From: Promethearchaeota archaeon
Lineage (GTDB): Archaea; Asgardarchaeota; Lokiarchaeia; Sigyniarchaeales; SOKP01
Direction of reading: 5' to 3'
Length of the DNA: 64,000 nucleotides
NCBI GenBank assembly: GCA_019058445.1
Contig: JAHPZA010000006.1
Span: 800,001 to 864,000, forward strand
Shown piece by piece: positions 9,396 to 19,592 of this stretch. Numbering within the stretch: the stretch's first letter is position 1; each line of letters starts with the position of its first letter. A program made the position numbers and the translations under genes. Under the pieces are notes generated by a model that saw only the letters and a program-made list of their open reading frames with translations, made no database searches and was not told the origin of the DNA.

Positions 9396-11381
9396 TTATT
9401 TTAATTTTCTCGCAAACGTCTGAGCATCCTTCATTGCTTCTCCGATATCTCGAGGTCTTTTACAATCACCTATAAGTTGAATTTTCGGTGCTGCCCCTTC
9501 AAATTGTTTTTTTAATTTTTTGCCTTGGGTAATTCGGGAACCACAATACACTAGAGTATCAGCTTCAAGAAATTGTTCATTTTTATTTTCATCAAGGAAC
9601 TTGACCCCTCTATCTGTAACATCCAATAATTTCGCTTTAAAATATATTGATATGTTGTTATCTCTTAGATATTCAAGTATCCATAATCGTCTTCCTGTTG
9701 CAATTAACATTTCGGTTGCTACTGTGGTGTTTGATCCCATCAATGCTTTAACATTATATCCTTGCTCTGCTAAAGTTATTGCAGTTTCCGGTCCTCCTCT
9801 CCAATATGCTCCTAGCCCCCATACGACGACATTTTTACCTATTGATTTACTTTTTAATATCGCCTCATCCTGAGTTAACACATTTGATTTGCCTTCTAAA
9901 CTCTTTGGAATCGTTGCCTCAGTACCGGTCGCTAAGACTAATATGTCTGGTTTTAAATCGGAAATTTCTTGTTTTGTTAGCTCTTTATTGAGTTGTATGG
10001 GTACTTCTAATTTCTTTAATTGAGTTGCTAAAAAATTCACAATGTTCATGAATTCTTCTTTTTTATATTCCATTGCTAAAAGAGGGATTAATCCGCCCAC
10101 TTTATCGGACTTCTCAAATATCTCTACATCATGACCGCGTAGTTTGGCTACCCTTGCTGCTTCCATTCCAGCAATTCCTGCTCCTAATATTACAATTTTC
10201 TTTAAATCAGATGACGGGCTAATAGTTGTATAATTTTGACCACTATAAGCATCATAGACGCATGTACTTCCACAGCTTTGTAAACATCCCATACAATATT
10301 TAATGTCATCCAGTTGTCCGTTGAAGTATTTATTAGGTGTCTCCGCGTCGCAAATCAATTGTCGACCCATATAAATGATATCAACTTTACCTCGCTGAAT
10401 AAATTCATCGGCCATTTTTGGATCGACAATCCTACCTACACCAATAACTGGAACATTCACTATCTTTTTTATCTCTTCTGCTAAATGAATATAACCACCA
10501 TGCTCTACATATGTGGGTATTTGGATCCCTTTAGGATTACGAATCATGTTTCCTTGGCTCACATCAATACAATCTACACCAGCATTTTCTATTATTTTTG
10601 CAATTTTTTTTGATTCTTCCAGTTTCAGGCCATCGGGTAATAACTCGTCTACTGATAATCGAACAAAAAGTGGTGGTTCCTCTCCTATACTATTTCTAAT
10701 TTTTTCCATGGTCTCTAATAAAAATGTACATCTTTTTTCTGTTGAGCCTCCGTATTTATCAGTCCTCACATTAGAGTATGGCGCTAAAAAGGCAGAGTGT
10801 AAAGTTGCATGAGCGGAATGGATTTCGATATAATCAAATCCCGCTTGAATTGCTCTTTTTGCGGCTGCCGCAAATAAATCTTCCACTCTAGCTATTTCTT
10901 CAACAGACATTTCTTTACATACCGCTCCTGTTTGTTTTAAAGTATCTGGCCATGATGAAACCATTGTTTCATAAGCTGAGGTTAGATGTAACAAATCTAC
11001 GGTTGACGGACCTCTCGGTTCAATTTTAAAACCGAAAATTGAAGCAAGAACAAAACCTATTAACCCACCATCAGCTAATTGCATCCCAATTTTTGCATCA
11101 TATTTATGTACTGCATCTGTTACCCTTTTATATGCCGGAATATTTGCATTTTTTCCAATATTCGCACTAGTATTTTGCGGACCAAAAGTCTCAGGTTCTA
11201 CGGAAACTGCTTCATATGTAATTAATCCTACTCCTCCACGAGCCTTTGTTTCATGAATATTAAACGTTTTTTCTGTAGGACAACCATTAGCATCTGACGA
11301 CATTGAGAGCATGGGAGGAAAGCCTAATCTGTTTTTAACTTCCATCCCTCTTATAGTAACAGGATCACTTAATTTTGGCAT
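9396..11381 (-). CDS. OYE-family NADH:flavin oxidoreductase (2,4-dienoyl-CoA reductase/BaiH-like architecture)
   Basis: TIM-barrel motifs (ARGGVGLI, AGFDYIEIHSAH, NVRTDKYGGS), Cys cluster CMGCLQSCGSTC and Rossmann GAGIAGMEAA. Confidence 0.92.
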   Translation of the reverse strand: MPKLSDPVTIRGMEVKNRLGFPPMLSMSSDANGCPTEKTFNIHETKARGGVGLITYEAVSVEPETFGPQNTSANIGKNANIPAYKRVTDAVHKYDAKIGMQLADGGLIGFVLASIFGFKIEPRGPSTVDLLHLTSAYETMVSSWPDTLKQTGAVCKEMSVEEIARVEDLFAAAAKRAIQAGFDYIEIHSAHATLHSAFLAPYSNVRTDKYGGSTEKRCTFLLETMEKIRNSIGEEPPLFVRLSVDELLPDGLKLEESKKIAKIIENAGVDCIDVSQGNMIRNPKGIQIPTYVEHGGYIHLAEEIKKIVNVPVIGVGRIVDPKMADEFIQRGKVDIIYMGRQLICDAETPNKYFNGQLDDIKYCMGCLQSCGSTCVYDAYSGQNYTTISPSSDLKKIVILGAGIAGMEAARVAKLRGHDVEIFEKSDKVGGLIPLLAMEYKKEEFMNIVNFLATQLKKLEVPIQLNKELTKQEISDLKPDILVLATGTEATIPKSLEGKSNVLTQDEAILKSKSIGKNVVVWGLGAYWRGGPETAITLAEQGYNVKALMGSNTTVATEMLIATGRRLWILEYLRDNNISIYFKAKLLDVTDRGVKFLDENKNEQFLEADTLVYCGSRITQGKKLKKQFEGAAPKIQLIGDCKRPRDIGEAMKDAQTFARKLK

Positions 11382-11445
11382 TTTTCCTTTTCACCTCTGG
11401 TTTTTATTTCTCTAATAATAGAAAAAAATAGAAAAAAAGAATTTA

Positions 11446-12672
11446 TTAGGGTAATGCTTGATCTAATAATTCCGTCAGATCAACCATTTTAAGATTTGAG
11501 TTTGAATCCTTAATTGCATCAGATAAGTTCCGATAACAGAAAGGACAGATACTAACTATTATTTCCGCACCTGTTTCCTCAGCCTCCTCAATCCGAGCGT
11601 TTGAGATGGCCAACGCTAATTCAGGAAAACCCTTTTTTACGCCTCCTCCAGCTCCACAGCATTTTGCATTTTGCTTAATAGTTTTCATTTCTACAATATC
11701 TGCCATCTTACTTAGAAGTTCTCTTGGCTCCTCATATAGGGGATTAACTCCCTCTTTCATTCCTGAATTTCTTCCCGTATGGCAAGGATCGTGGTATGTC
11801 GCTTTAAGTCCTAAGTGTTTTAGTTGTATGTTTTTCTCATTTATTATATCTCGGACTAATTCAACTGTATGAAGTACTTCTATACCTAAATCTTCAAGAT
11901 AATCAGTATAGTCAGTTTTAAGGGTTCTATAACAGCCAGCACAACTTGTTAGGATCTTCTTAACACCGCTCTTTTTGAATAATTCATAATTTTTTGTCGC
12001 AACTGCATTAAAACCTGTAATATCTCCAGTTCTCTTCCCAACACTTCCACAACATACTTCTTTGTCTCCAAATACAGAAAAATCAACCCCTAATTTTTTA
12101 AGGACTTTAGCGGTATTTATGGCTACAGTCTGAATCTCCGGAGTTAACGCAGCAGTACACCCTACAAAATAAAGATACTCTGCTGTCTCAGAACTCGCAT
12201 CTTTCACCTTAAAATCGAGTTTATCTATCCATGTCCCTTTTTCTTTATTATCTCGCTGGTAAGGATTTAATAATTCAACCATTGCTTTATTCATTGGTAC
12301 ATGCGCTTCCAAACCACATCCCGCATCTACTAATTCAGCCCTCAAAGCTTCATAAATAGCGGCGTTATCCATATCATAGGCGCAAGTTTGAGCACATGCA
12401 TTACATGTTGGACATTGATAAATCACTTCAGCCATGTCCTTACTCAGTTCTAACTTTCCCTGCCAAAGAGAACGAATAATTTGCATTTTTCCTCTTCCGA
12501 AGAAAGGTTCAAAACCAGGAGTATTTTCTCTTGCTACACATACTCCCCACTTCGGAGGATCATCTGTGTAATCTGTGGCTTCTCTACAATCTCCGCAACC
12601 GATACATTGCAGGATTATGTCTCCCATTTTGGCAAAATGCTTAAATTTTTCTTTTGGTTCAAATTCGGTTAT
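11446..12672 (-). CDS. (Fe-S)-binding CCG-domain oxidoreductase subunit (GlcF/HdrD-like)
   Basis: CIGCGDC, CPTCNAC, two CCG motifs and YHDPCH. First ATG is at 12627, but an RBS-spaced ATA at 12672 may be the true start. Confidence 0.9.
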   Translation of the reverse strand: MTEFEPKEKFKHFAKMGDIILQCIGCGDCREATDYTDDPPKWGVCVARENTPGFEPFFGRGKMQIIRSLWQGKLELSKDMAEVIYQCPTCNACAQTCAYDMDNAAIYEALRAELVDAGCGLEAHVPMNKAMVELLNPYQRDNKEKGTWIDKLDFKVKDASSETAEYLYFVGCTAALTPEIQTVAINTAKVLKKLGVDFSVFGDKEVCCGSVGKRTGDITGFNAVATKNYELFKKSGVKKILTSCAGCYRTLKTDYTDYLEDLGIEVLHTVELVRDIINEKNIQLKHLGLKATYHDPCHTGRNSGMKEGVNPLYEEPRELLSKMADIVEMKTIKQNAKCCGAGGGVKKGFPELALAISNARIEEAEETGAEIIVSICPFCYRNLSDAIKDSNSNLKMVDLTELLDQALP

Positions 12673-12754
12673 TTTTTATCACCTATATTTCTTCTTCGTT
12701 ATTATAATTTAAAATATCCTCTTCATTATTTTAATTTTTAAAAAAAACTAATTC

Positions 12755-14290
12755 TTATTCCTCGTCTTTTACTAAATGTTTTGTATAATCATAATCATAG
12801 CTATACAAATGAAATTTATTGGGACTAAGCAAGAAATCAGGATCTACAGTTTTTTTAATATCCTTAAAGAACTGCACAAATTCAGGAGTATAGGCATCAG
12901 CTTCTAAAATTGATTGTGAAATTGCTTCTCCCAACCAATAATGAATCCCTCCATATCTTACTTGCGCCCTTAATTTTTTATGCCATAATTTCATTGAAAT
13001 ATCCCGTACATCATCTACATTATCCGCGTTAAAGCCCCCTACAAGTACACAATTTCCATTAGGTAAAAAATATATAATCGTAGACCAAAATGACATAGCT
13101 CCAGGTGGAAATTCATCGCGGTGTTTGCTATCAAATTCTTGCGCTTTTTTCGATATTGTTGGCAACTTAGAGATTGGAATTTTATGACACGTTGTACAGC
13201 TTACTTTTGGAGGGGCGACAGAGATATACTTTTGAAAGTAATTAAACGTTTGCTTTAAATCCCAGCTCCATTCTTTTTTAGTTTCCATGCTGGGATCGAC
13301 TTCACTCCATTCAAAAGGTCGTGCAAGTTCCTCCTTTAACATAATATCATTAACTATTTCTGTGTATACATCAAGAATTCTTAGATCAGATGCTTCTAAT
13401 AATACTTGCATGGCTGGGCCTCTTAATCTCGGGCGCTTAGCAGGTTTCACTTCAACGTTACCTGCTAATAGCTGAATTACCATAAGCGGTAATCCGGATA
13501 AATCGCGTAAACCATCGCCAACTTTATTACGTATTTTATGTGCATATTCAAATACTTTTTGATAATTATTTTTCTTAAAGATATAACTTAGTTGCCTTTT
13601 ATGGGGAGGATCTGGAAATAATCTAAGATAGGCTTTGGTTTTAATACCTAAGGTTCCTACATCTCCCATGAACAAACCGGTAAAATCCGGCGCAACACCA
13701 TATCTGCAAAAAGGAGCTGCGTATTTATTTGCCGCTGCCCCAGTTCTAATTATAGTACCTTGCGGATTAGGGAGGACGACCTCAACGCCTAAACATATAT
13801 CAGGCACTAGTCCATATTTAGTAGAGCCCCCGCCTGCGGTACTATTGGATAAACCTCCTCCGATCGTGGCAGCATATCCACTCCCTGGACCGATAACACC
13901 AGTAGTGTATCCGCTTGGATGTAATTCTGAAAGTAATTTTCCCCATGTTACTCCACATTCCACAACACAATAATAGTCATCATAGTTAATTTCTATAATT
14001 TTATCCATTCTCGTAAGGTCTAATAAAATTCCTCCTTCTGTCACTGAACCACCAACTAAATCCGCACCGCCCCCTCGGGGCACCATGTGGATTTTATACT
14101 TATTTGCAAGCTTCACAATTTCAGACACCTCTTCCGGGGTTTCAGGACGGACAATTATATCTGCCCATCGGTCTGGAAATGAGGGATCAACGTTTCGAGA
14201 ATAGGCGGCTTTCATGAAATCCTTATCAGTAATATAGTCCGCTCCTACTACTTTTTCAATTTCATGATATATATCTTTTATTTTTGACAG
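12755..14290 (-). CDS. FAD-binding oxidoreductase (GlcD/VAO-PCMH superfamily), paralog 2
   Basis: Same motifs as paralog 1. The ORF-track GTG (14299) lies inside the AGGTG RBS, and CTG at 14290 aligns with the ATG of paralog 1. Confidence 0.9.
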   Translation of the reverse strand: MSKIKDIYHEIEKVVGADYITDKDFMKAAYSRNVDPSFPDRWADIIVRPETPEEVSEIVKLANKYKIHMVPRGGGADLVGGSVTEGGILLDLTRMDKIIEINYDDYYCVVECGVTWGKLLSELHPSGYTTGVIGPGSGYAATIGGGLSNSTAGGGSTKYGLVPDICLGVEVVLPNPQGTIIRTGAAANKYAAPFCRYGVAPDFTGLFMGDVGTLGIKTKAYLRLFPDPPHKRQLSYIFKKNNYQKVFEYAHKIRNKVGDGLRDLSGLPLMVIQLLAGNVEVKPAKRPRLRGPAMQVLLEASDLRILDVYTEIVNDIMLKEELARPFEWSEVDPSMETKKEWSWDLKQTFNYFQKYISVAPPKVSCTTCHKIPISKLPTISKKAQEFDSKHRDEFPPGAMSFWSTIIYFLPNGNCVLVGGFNADNVDDVRDISMKLWHKKLRAQVRYGGIHYWLGEAISQSILEADAYTPEFVQFFKDIKKTVDPDFLLSPNKFHLYSYDYDYTKHLVKDEE

Positions 14291-14359
14291 TCTATTCACC
14301 TTTTTTTTAATTTTGCTCTTATATTATTTAAATTTTATTGAGTATAATCTTAAATTTTA

Positions 14360-16204
14360 TTATTCAAATACCTCTAATTTATTACTTCCTTTTTTTAATT
14401 TAATTAAATTTTTTATCTGAGCATCCCACGTATTATTTTTTACTTTATCCCATTCCTGTTTTAACCTAAATTTTTGAATCATGCAATTATTCGATCGAGG
14501 TAATTCTGTTTTAAATTCAATATATCTGGGAACTATATGAGATGCCATATTTCGGATTAAATAATTATATAAATCCTCATAAGAGAGTTTGCTTCCTTTC
14601 TTTAATACAACACAAAGTTTGATTTCTTCATCAAATCTTTCTTCACTTGGTACTCCGATAACTGCGGATTCGACTATATCTGGATAAGCATTTACAATAT
14701 TCTCAATCCGATTTGCAAATACAATTTCTCCATGTTTATTGATAAGATTATTTTTATTTCCAACAAAATAAACAAAGCCTTCAGTATCTCTGTAGGCATA
14801 ATCGCCCGTATGAATCCACCTATTTCTCCCCTCTTTCGTTAAAGTTTCTACCGATAATTTATAATAATCCCAAGAAATTGGCAATCTACATCTTGATATT
14901 ATTTCTCCTACATTATTTGGTCCGGGTGGTAATGTATTCCCATGTGGGTCGACAATTTTTAGCTCATATCCACTTAATGATTTTCCTATTGAACCAAGCT
15001 TTCCCCCTTTAGATCCTAATTTATTAATAGTTATTCCAATAGCCTCTACAAGTGTCCATAATTCATAGATTGGAATGTTAAATCTCCCCTCGAATTTCTC
15101 CCATATATCTTTAGTTGCTCCGGAACCAAAAGCCCATTTGATTGAATGAGTTCTATAATCATCTCTAGGTGGTTGGTTTAATAAATCAGAAAGATACATT
15201 CCGAAATATAACAAACCAGTGGGATGATATTTTGCAATATCATCCCAGAAGGTTGAAGGTTTAAATTTCTCAGTAATTAAGACTGATGCATTATAAAAGA
15301 TTGCGGGTAAAATACCCCAATACTGTGCAGAACCTAGATATAAAGGGAAGGGGCAATAAATTAAATGAGCTTGATTAAGTCCTGCTATATCTACCAATTC
15401 TTTTCCAATATTAATCCCCGTAAGAACGAAATTGTTTCTATATGTTACTCCTTTCGGTTTTCCAGTATTTCCAGAGGTGTAGTTTATTTGCATAGTATGC
15501 CAGTGTTTCACAATCACTTTTGGATTTTTCTCATTCGAAGTATAGATATCTTTATAATCAACAAAATTTTCATTAAACTCAAACCCTTCAGGAGCATTTC
15601 TAATGATAATAGCTTTAACTTCCGGTAAATTTCCGCTGATTTCTCTAAATTTTACATAATATTCGTAGTCCAATATTAAAATTTCAGTATCACTATTTGA
15701 CAAGATATATTCCAACATCTCACCCCTGTAAGATGTGTTCACTCCAACGAAGACACTGCCAGTTTTAATGATTCCGAACCAGCAAAATATATAATCGGGG
15801 CAATTTGGAAGCATAACAGAAATATTTGGCCGCCTTAATTTTTTCTTTTTAATTATATTCTGAAGACCATTTGCGATTTTATTTGAATTTATATGAATAT
15901 CTTGATATGAATAAATCTCGTCTTTAAAAAAGAGAAATGGTTTATTTTTATTTTCAGCCGCCTTGCTCTGGAGAAGCTTCGGAATAGTAGCGTTTTCTAC
16001 TCCATATCGGTCAATAACATCGTATAATTCATCACGTCTACTTATTACTAATGTATCATCGATAATTTCAATATTAACATCTTCTTTATTTGAAAACGGA
16101 AAAGAACTATCTTTAGCTATTTTGCTTGGAATATAAACCCAGATGCTTTCATAGCCGCCGCCCCCAGATTTTTTCCTAGTAATTTTTCCCTTTGCTCTTC
16201 TCAT
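14360..16204 (-). CDS. AbrB/SpoVT-like DNA-binding domain fused to a divergent CaiC-like adenylation domain
   Basis: N-terminal ~57 aa KITRKKSGGGGYESIWVYIPSKIAKDSSFPF..EDVNIEIIDDTLVI, then YTSGNTGKPKG and WIHTGD. Other ligase motifs are degenerate. Confidence 0.85.
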   Translation of the reverse strand: MRRAKGKITRKKSGGGGYESIWVYIPSKIAKDSSFPFSNKEDVNIEIIDDTLVISRRDELYDVIDRYGVENATIPKLLQSKAAENKNKPFLFFKDEIYSYQDIHINSNKIANGLQNIIKKKKLRRPNISVMLPNCPDYIFCWFGIIKTGSVFVGVNTSYRGEMLEYILSNSDTEILILDYEYYVKFREISGNLPEVKAIIIRNAPEGFEFNENFVDYKDIYTSNEKNPKVIVKHWHTMQINYTSGNTGKPKGVTYRNNFVLTGINIGKELVDIAGLNQAHLIYCPFPLYLGSAQYWGILPAIFYNASVLITEKFKPSTFWDDIAKYHPTGLLYFGMYLSDLLNQPPRDDYRTHSIKWAFGSGATKDIWEKFEGRFNIPIYELWTLVEAIGITINKLGSKGGKLGSIGKSLSGYELKIVDPHGNTLPPGPNNVGEIISRCRLPISWDYYKLSVETLTKEGRNRWIHTGDYAYRDTEGFVYFVGNKNNLINKHGEIVFANRIENIVNAYPDIVESAVIGVPSEERFDEEIKLCVVLKKGSKLSYEDLYNYLIRNMASHIVPRYIEFKTELPRSNNCMIQKFRLKQEWDKVKNNTWDAQIKNLIKLKKGSNKLEVFE

Positions 16205-16447
16205 TTTCTATCGAAACTCCATTTTACGACCGTAAATTTGGGTAGTAAAATCAAAACATTTTTGTTAGTGCTTTTGTGTTTTTTTTCATTTATAAAGCTT
16301 TTTGTGTTTGATGAGGTAAAAATATTTGAATGGTGTTATAAATAGCAAATTGTCGAGATTAAGGGGAGGAATATTATTTTTTGTTATTCACATAAACCAT
16401 TTAAATAATTTAGTAAATTAAAAAGAATTATATTTTGGAGATGTAAA

Positions 16448-17698
16448 TTAAACTTTTTCTAGAATATGGACGCAAAGTGCAGCTTCTCCAAAACCAATAT
16501 TTCCGCCTCCATTCTCAGCAAGAGCTAATCTTGGATTTTTAACTTGTCTTTCACCTGCTTCACCTCGCAATTGAACTACTAATTCATATAATTGTGCCAG
16601 TCCTGAAGCGCCTATTGGATGGCCTCTGGAGAGTAAACCTCCACTTGGGTTGACTGGGATATTTCCATCAAGCGCAGTAGCTCCACTCTCCGTAAATGGA
16701 CCACCTTGCCCTATAGGACAAAATCCCATCTGTTCTATTTGGTGAATCTCCCCAAAGGCAGTTGCATCATGTACTTCAGCAACATCTATATCTTGAGGAC
16801 TAAGTCCAGCCATTTCATAAACGGCCTTAGAAGCTCGATGAGGAACATCATCCGTTCTCCATGAGCCTGATCTTAAAACAGATGCTCGAATTAAAACAGC
16901 TCTATCTGTCGGATGTTCCTTTAAAAACTTTTCAGAGCATAAAATTGCAGCAGCAGCACCATCCCCAACAGGTGCACACATCGATCTTGTGAGAGGGTAA
17001 GCGACTTCATAATCCTCCATAGCCTCCTCTACAGTTAATGGAAAAGTGTACTGAGCTAATGGATTTAAGGTTGAATTATTATGATTTTTTGCAGCCACGA
17101 AAGCAAGATGCCGTTTAGTGGTTCCGTATTTCTTCATGTGATTTCGAGCTGCCATAGCATAGAGATCCATGAACGCCGAATGTCCCCCCTTTTTACCCTT
17201 GGTTTGTTCAGAACTTCCTTCCTTAGCTTTCTGTGCTTTCTGCTTCTCAGCCATTTTTTTCAGTTGTTCTATTAGACTTCGTGTTCTTTCCACATCGGTG
17301 TAGGTGATAAAGCCGCTCATCATTTTTTTCCTATCCTCTTGGTAAATTTTTTCTGCACCAATCGCTAATACACAATCATAAAGCCCTGATTTGATTTGCA
17401 TCCATGCTCCATGAAAAGCAGTACTTCCGCTGGCGCAAGCATTCTCTACATTAATTATGGGTATCTTATCAATCTTATTGGCAGAAAGAGCCACTTGTCC
17501 TCGAATGCTATGTTGAAATTCATACATACCCCAAGCAGAATTGGAAAACCACGCTGCTTCTAACTCATCAAAACCTACCTCACCATTATCATTTTTGAGG
17601 GACTTAAGAGCTTCCCCCGTTAACTTTTTTATACTTTTATCAAGAAATTTACCGAATTTGGTCATTCCAACGCTATATACATATACTTTGTCACTCAT
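16448..17698 (-). CDS. Thiolase, SCP2-type
   Basis: NVENACASGSTA, AEVHDA, VNPSGGLLSRGHPIGASG. Confidence 0.93.
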   Translation of the reverse strand: MSDKVYVYSVGMTKFGKFLDKSIKKLTGEALKSLKNDNGEVGFDELEAAWFSNSAWGMYEFQHSIRGQVALSANKIDKIPIINVENACASGSTAFHGAWMQIKSGLYDCVLAIGAEKIYQEDRKKMMSGFITYTDVERTRSLIEQLKKMAEKQKAQKAKEGSSEQTKGKKGGHSAFMDLYAMAARNHMKKYGTTKRHLAFVAAKNHNNSTLNPLAQYTFPLTVEEAMEDYEVAYPLTRSMCAPVGDGAAAAILCSEKFLKEHPTDRAVLIRASVLRSGSWRTDDVPHRASKAVYEMAGLSPQDIDVAEVHDATAFGEIHQIEQMGFCPIGQGGPFTESGATALDGNIPVNPSGGLLSRGHPIGASGLAQLYELVVQLRGEAGERQVKNPRLALAENGGGNIGFGEAALCVHILEKV

Positions 17699-17792
17699 GT
17701 TTTTCCTCTTTTTCGATTTACCAATAAAAAGTAATTAGTATAAAATAAATTTATAATTTTAGGTTTTAAAAATTAAAAGAATATTACACAAG

Positions 17793-19469
17793 TTAATCTC
17801 TTTTCACAACGTAGCCTGCTTTCTCCCTGTCAAATGTTGTTTCTGTCACACCGCGTTCTTTAAGAATTTGTTTCAATGTTCTATGAACCTCGCTCTTAGG
17901 GAGTTCATCAACAAAATCAATATACTTTGGTATCATAAAGTAGGCCATTTTACCTTGACAATAATCAAGCAGTTTTTCTGGTGTCAAGTTTTCACCAGGT
18001 TTTAATGCCACTGAAACCATTACTTCATCTTCAGCGTATTCGGAGGACTTAACGGCAAAAGCGGCTGATTCTAAAACTTTTTCATGCTGATTAATGACCC
18101 GTTCAATGCTCCAAGGTGATATATTCTCACCCCTCCTTCTAATAGCATCCTTTTTCCGATCAATAAAATAGAACCAACCTTCTTTATCTTTTGAGGCTAA
18201 ATCGTCAGTATGAAACCATAGTTGTCCGTCTTTTCCTTCTCGGATCTTTTTATTAGTGGATTCTTTGTCCTTATAGTAAGTAACTTTTCTCTGATCAAGT
18301 TCTTTTTTATCAACTAGAAACACTAATTCTCCAACCTCATCCGGTTCTAAAAGATTACCCGCCTCATCCATAATATCCGCAAAGGTACCGGGAAGAGGTT
18401 TTCCCATAGTTCCGGCGGGAACAGGTCCTTTCTCAAAGAAAGGTCCAAGTAAATATCCTCCTCCATCAACTGCACCGTAAAATTCTTTAACCGACACATT
18501 ATACCTTTTTTCAAACGGTTCTATCATCTCTTTGGGGCAAGCAGCAGAAATGACTATGCGAACATTATTATCTCCATCATTGGGACATTCAGGCTGCTTT
18601 AATAGAAATTGTGGCATTGCTCCAAGGGTATTAAATAATGTAATGTTAAATTTTCTACAAATATCCCAATGACGACTTGCGCTGAATCTCTTTGAAAGTA
18701 CCACACGGTATTCCGATACAAACCCCGGAAGGGTTGTTATTTGAAGTGCATTCCCGTGAAATAAGGGCAAACAAGTAAAATACACGTCTTTTTTAGTGAC
18801 TCCTACAACCATAGGGAGAGCGGTAAAGATTTGAAGAGCTTGTCCGGCTATAAATTTCCGATAGAAAAATGTGGTTGCTTTAGGAGGTCCTGTTGTACCT
18901 GATGTATACATAAGCATCGCCTTTTCTTCAAAATCAATCTCCTCTTCAATATCGTTATCCGGTGCTTGTAGTAATTCCTTGAATGGTTTCATTCCCTCAG
19001 GAATCTTGAAATCTCCAGGTGCCTCATTATCATCAACTATGACATGCCTGATTTTCGGCAATTGATCTTTGATGCTCAGATAGCTTTCTAACATACTCCA
19101 GTGTAGTATTAAGACCTCACTGTCACTGTGATCAATAATATATTGTAAAGTTGCACCTTTAAGGGCTGTATTTATTAGTACAACATATGCTCCAAGTTTG
19201 AATGTTGCAAACACGGTGTATAAAAATTCAGGACAATTAATTTCCATTAAAGAAATCCCGACACCCTTGCCCACTCCTAACTCAGCTAATCCATTTGCAA
19301 CGCGATTAGATTGTAAGTGCACATCAAGATAAGTGTAGTCTTCATCGATGCCCTTGTCAAAATCTCTTATATACGTTAAAAATACCCTATCGCCTATAGT
19401 TTCTGCTTTATTTTTCATGACATCGTTAAATGTGGTTGTAGCGGTAATTCTAAATCTTTTTGCTGGCAT
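17793..19469 (-). CDS. AMP-forming acyl-CoA ligase, CaiC-like
   Basis: YTSGTTGPPK, LPLFHGNA, WFHTDD, DRKKDAIRRRGENI. Confidence 0.92.
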   Translation of the reverse strand: MPAKRFRITATTTFNDVMKNKAETIGDRVFLTYIRDFDKGIDEDYTYLDVHLQSNRVANGLAELGVGKGVGISLMEINCPEFLYTVFATFKLGAYVVLINTALKGATLQYIIDHSDSEVLILHWSMLESYLSIKDQLPKIRHVIVDDNEAPGDFKIPEGMKPFKELLQAPDNDIEEEIDFEEKAMLMYTSGTTGPPKATTFFYRKFIAGQALQIFTALPMVVGVTKKDVYFTCLPLFHGNALQITTLPGFVSEYRVVLSKRFSASRHWDICRKFNITLFNTLGAMPQFLLKQPECPNDGDNNVRIVISAACPKEMIEPFEKRYNVSVKEFYGAVDGGGYLLGPFFEKGPVPAGTMGKPLPGTFADIMDEAGNLLEPDEVGELVFLVDKKELDQRKVTYYKDKESTNKKIREGKDGQLWFHTDDLASKDKEGWFYFIDRKKDAIRRRGENISPWSIERVINQHEKVLESAAFAVKSSEYAEDEVMVSVALKPGENLTPEKLLDYCQGKMAYFMIPKYIDFVDELPKSEVHRTLKQILKERGVTETTFDREKAGYVVKRD

Positions 19470-19592
19470 TCTATATCCCTTTTTTATAATTTTTTTATTA
19501 GCTTTTTTTTCAAAAATTTTTTAATTTAATATATTATTTTGAATTTCTTTTAAAAAAAAGAAAGTTTTGTTGTAAAATTTGATTTAAGAAAG

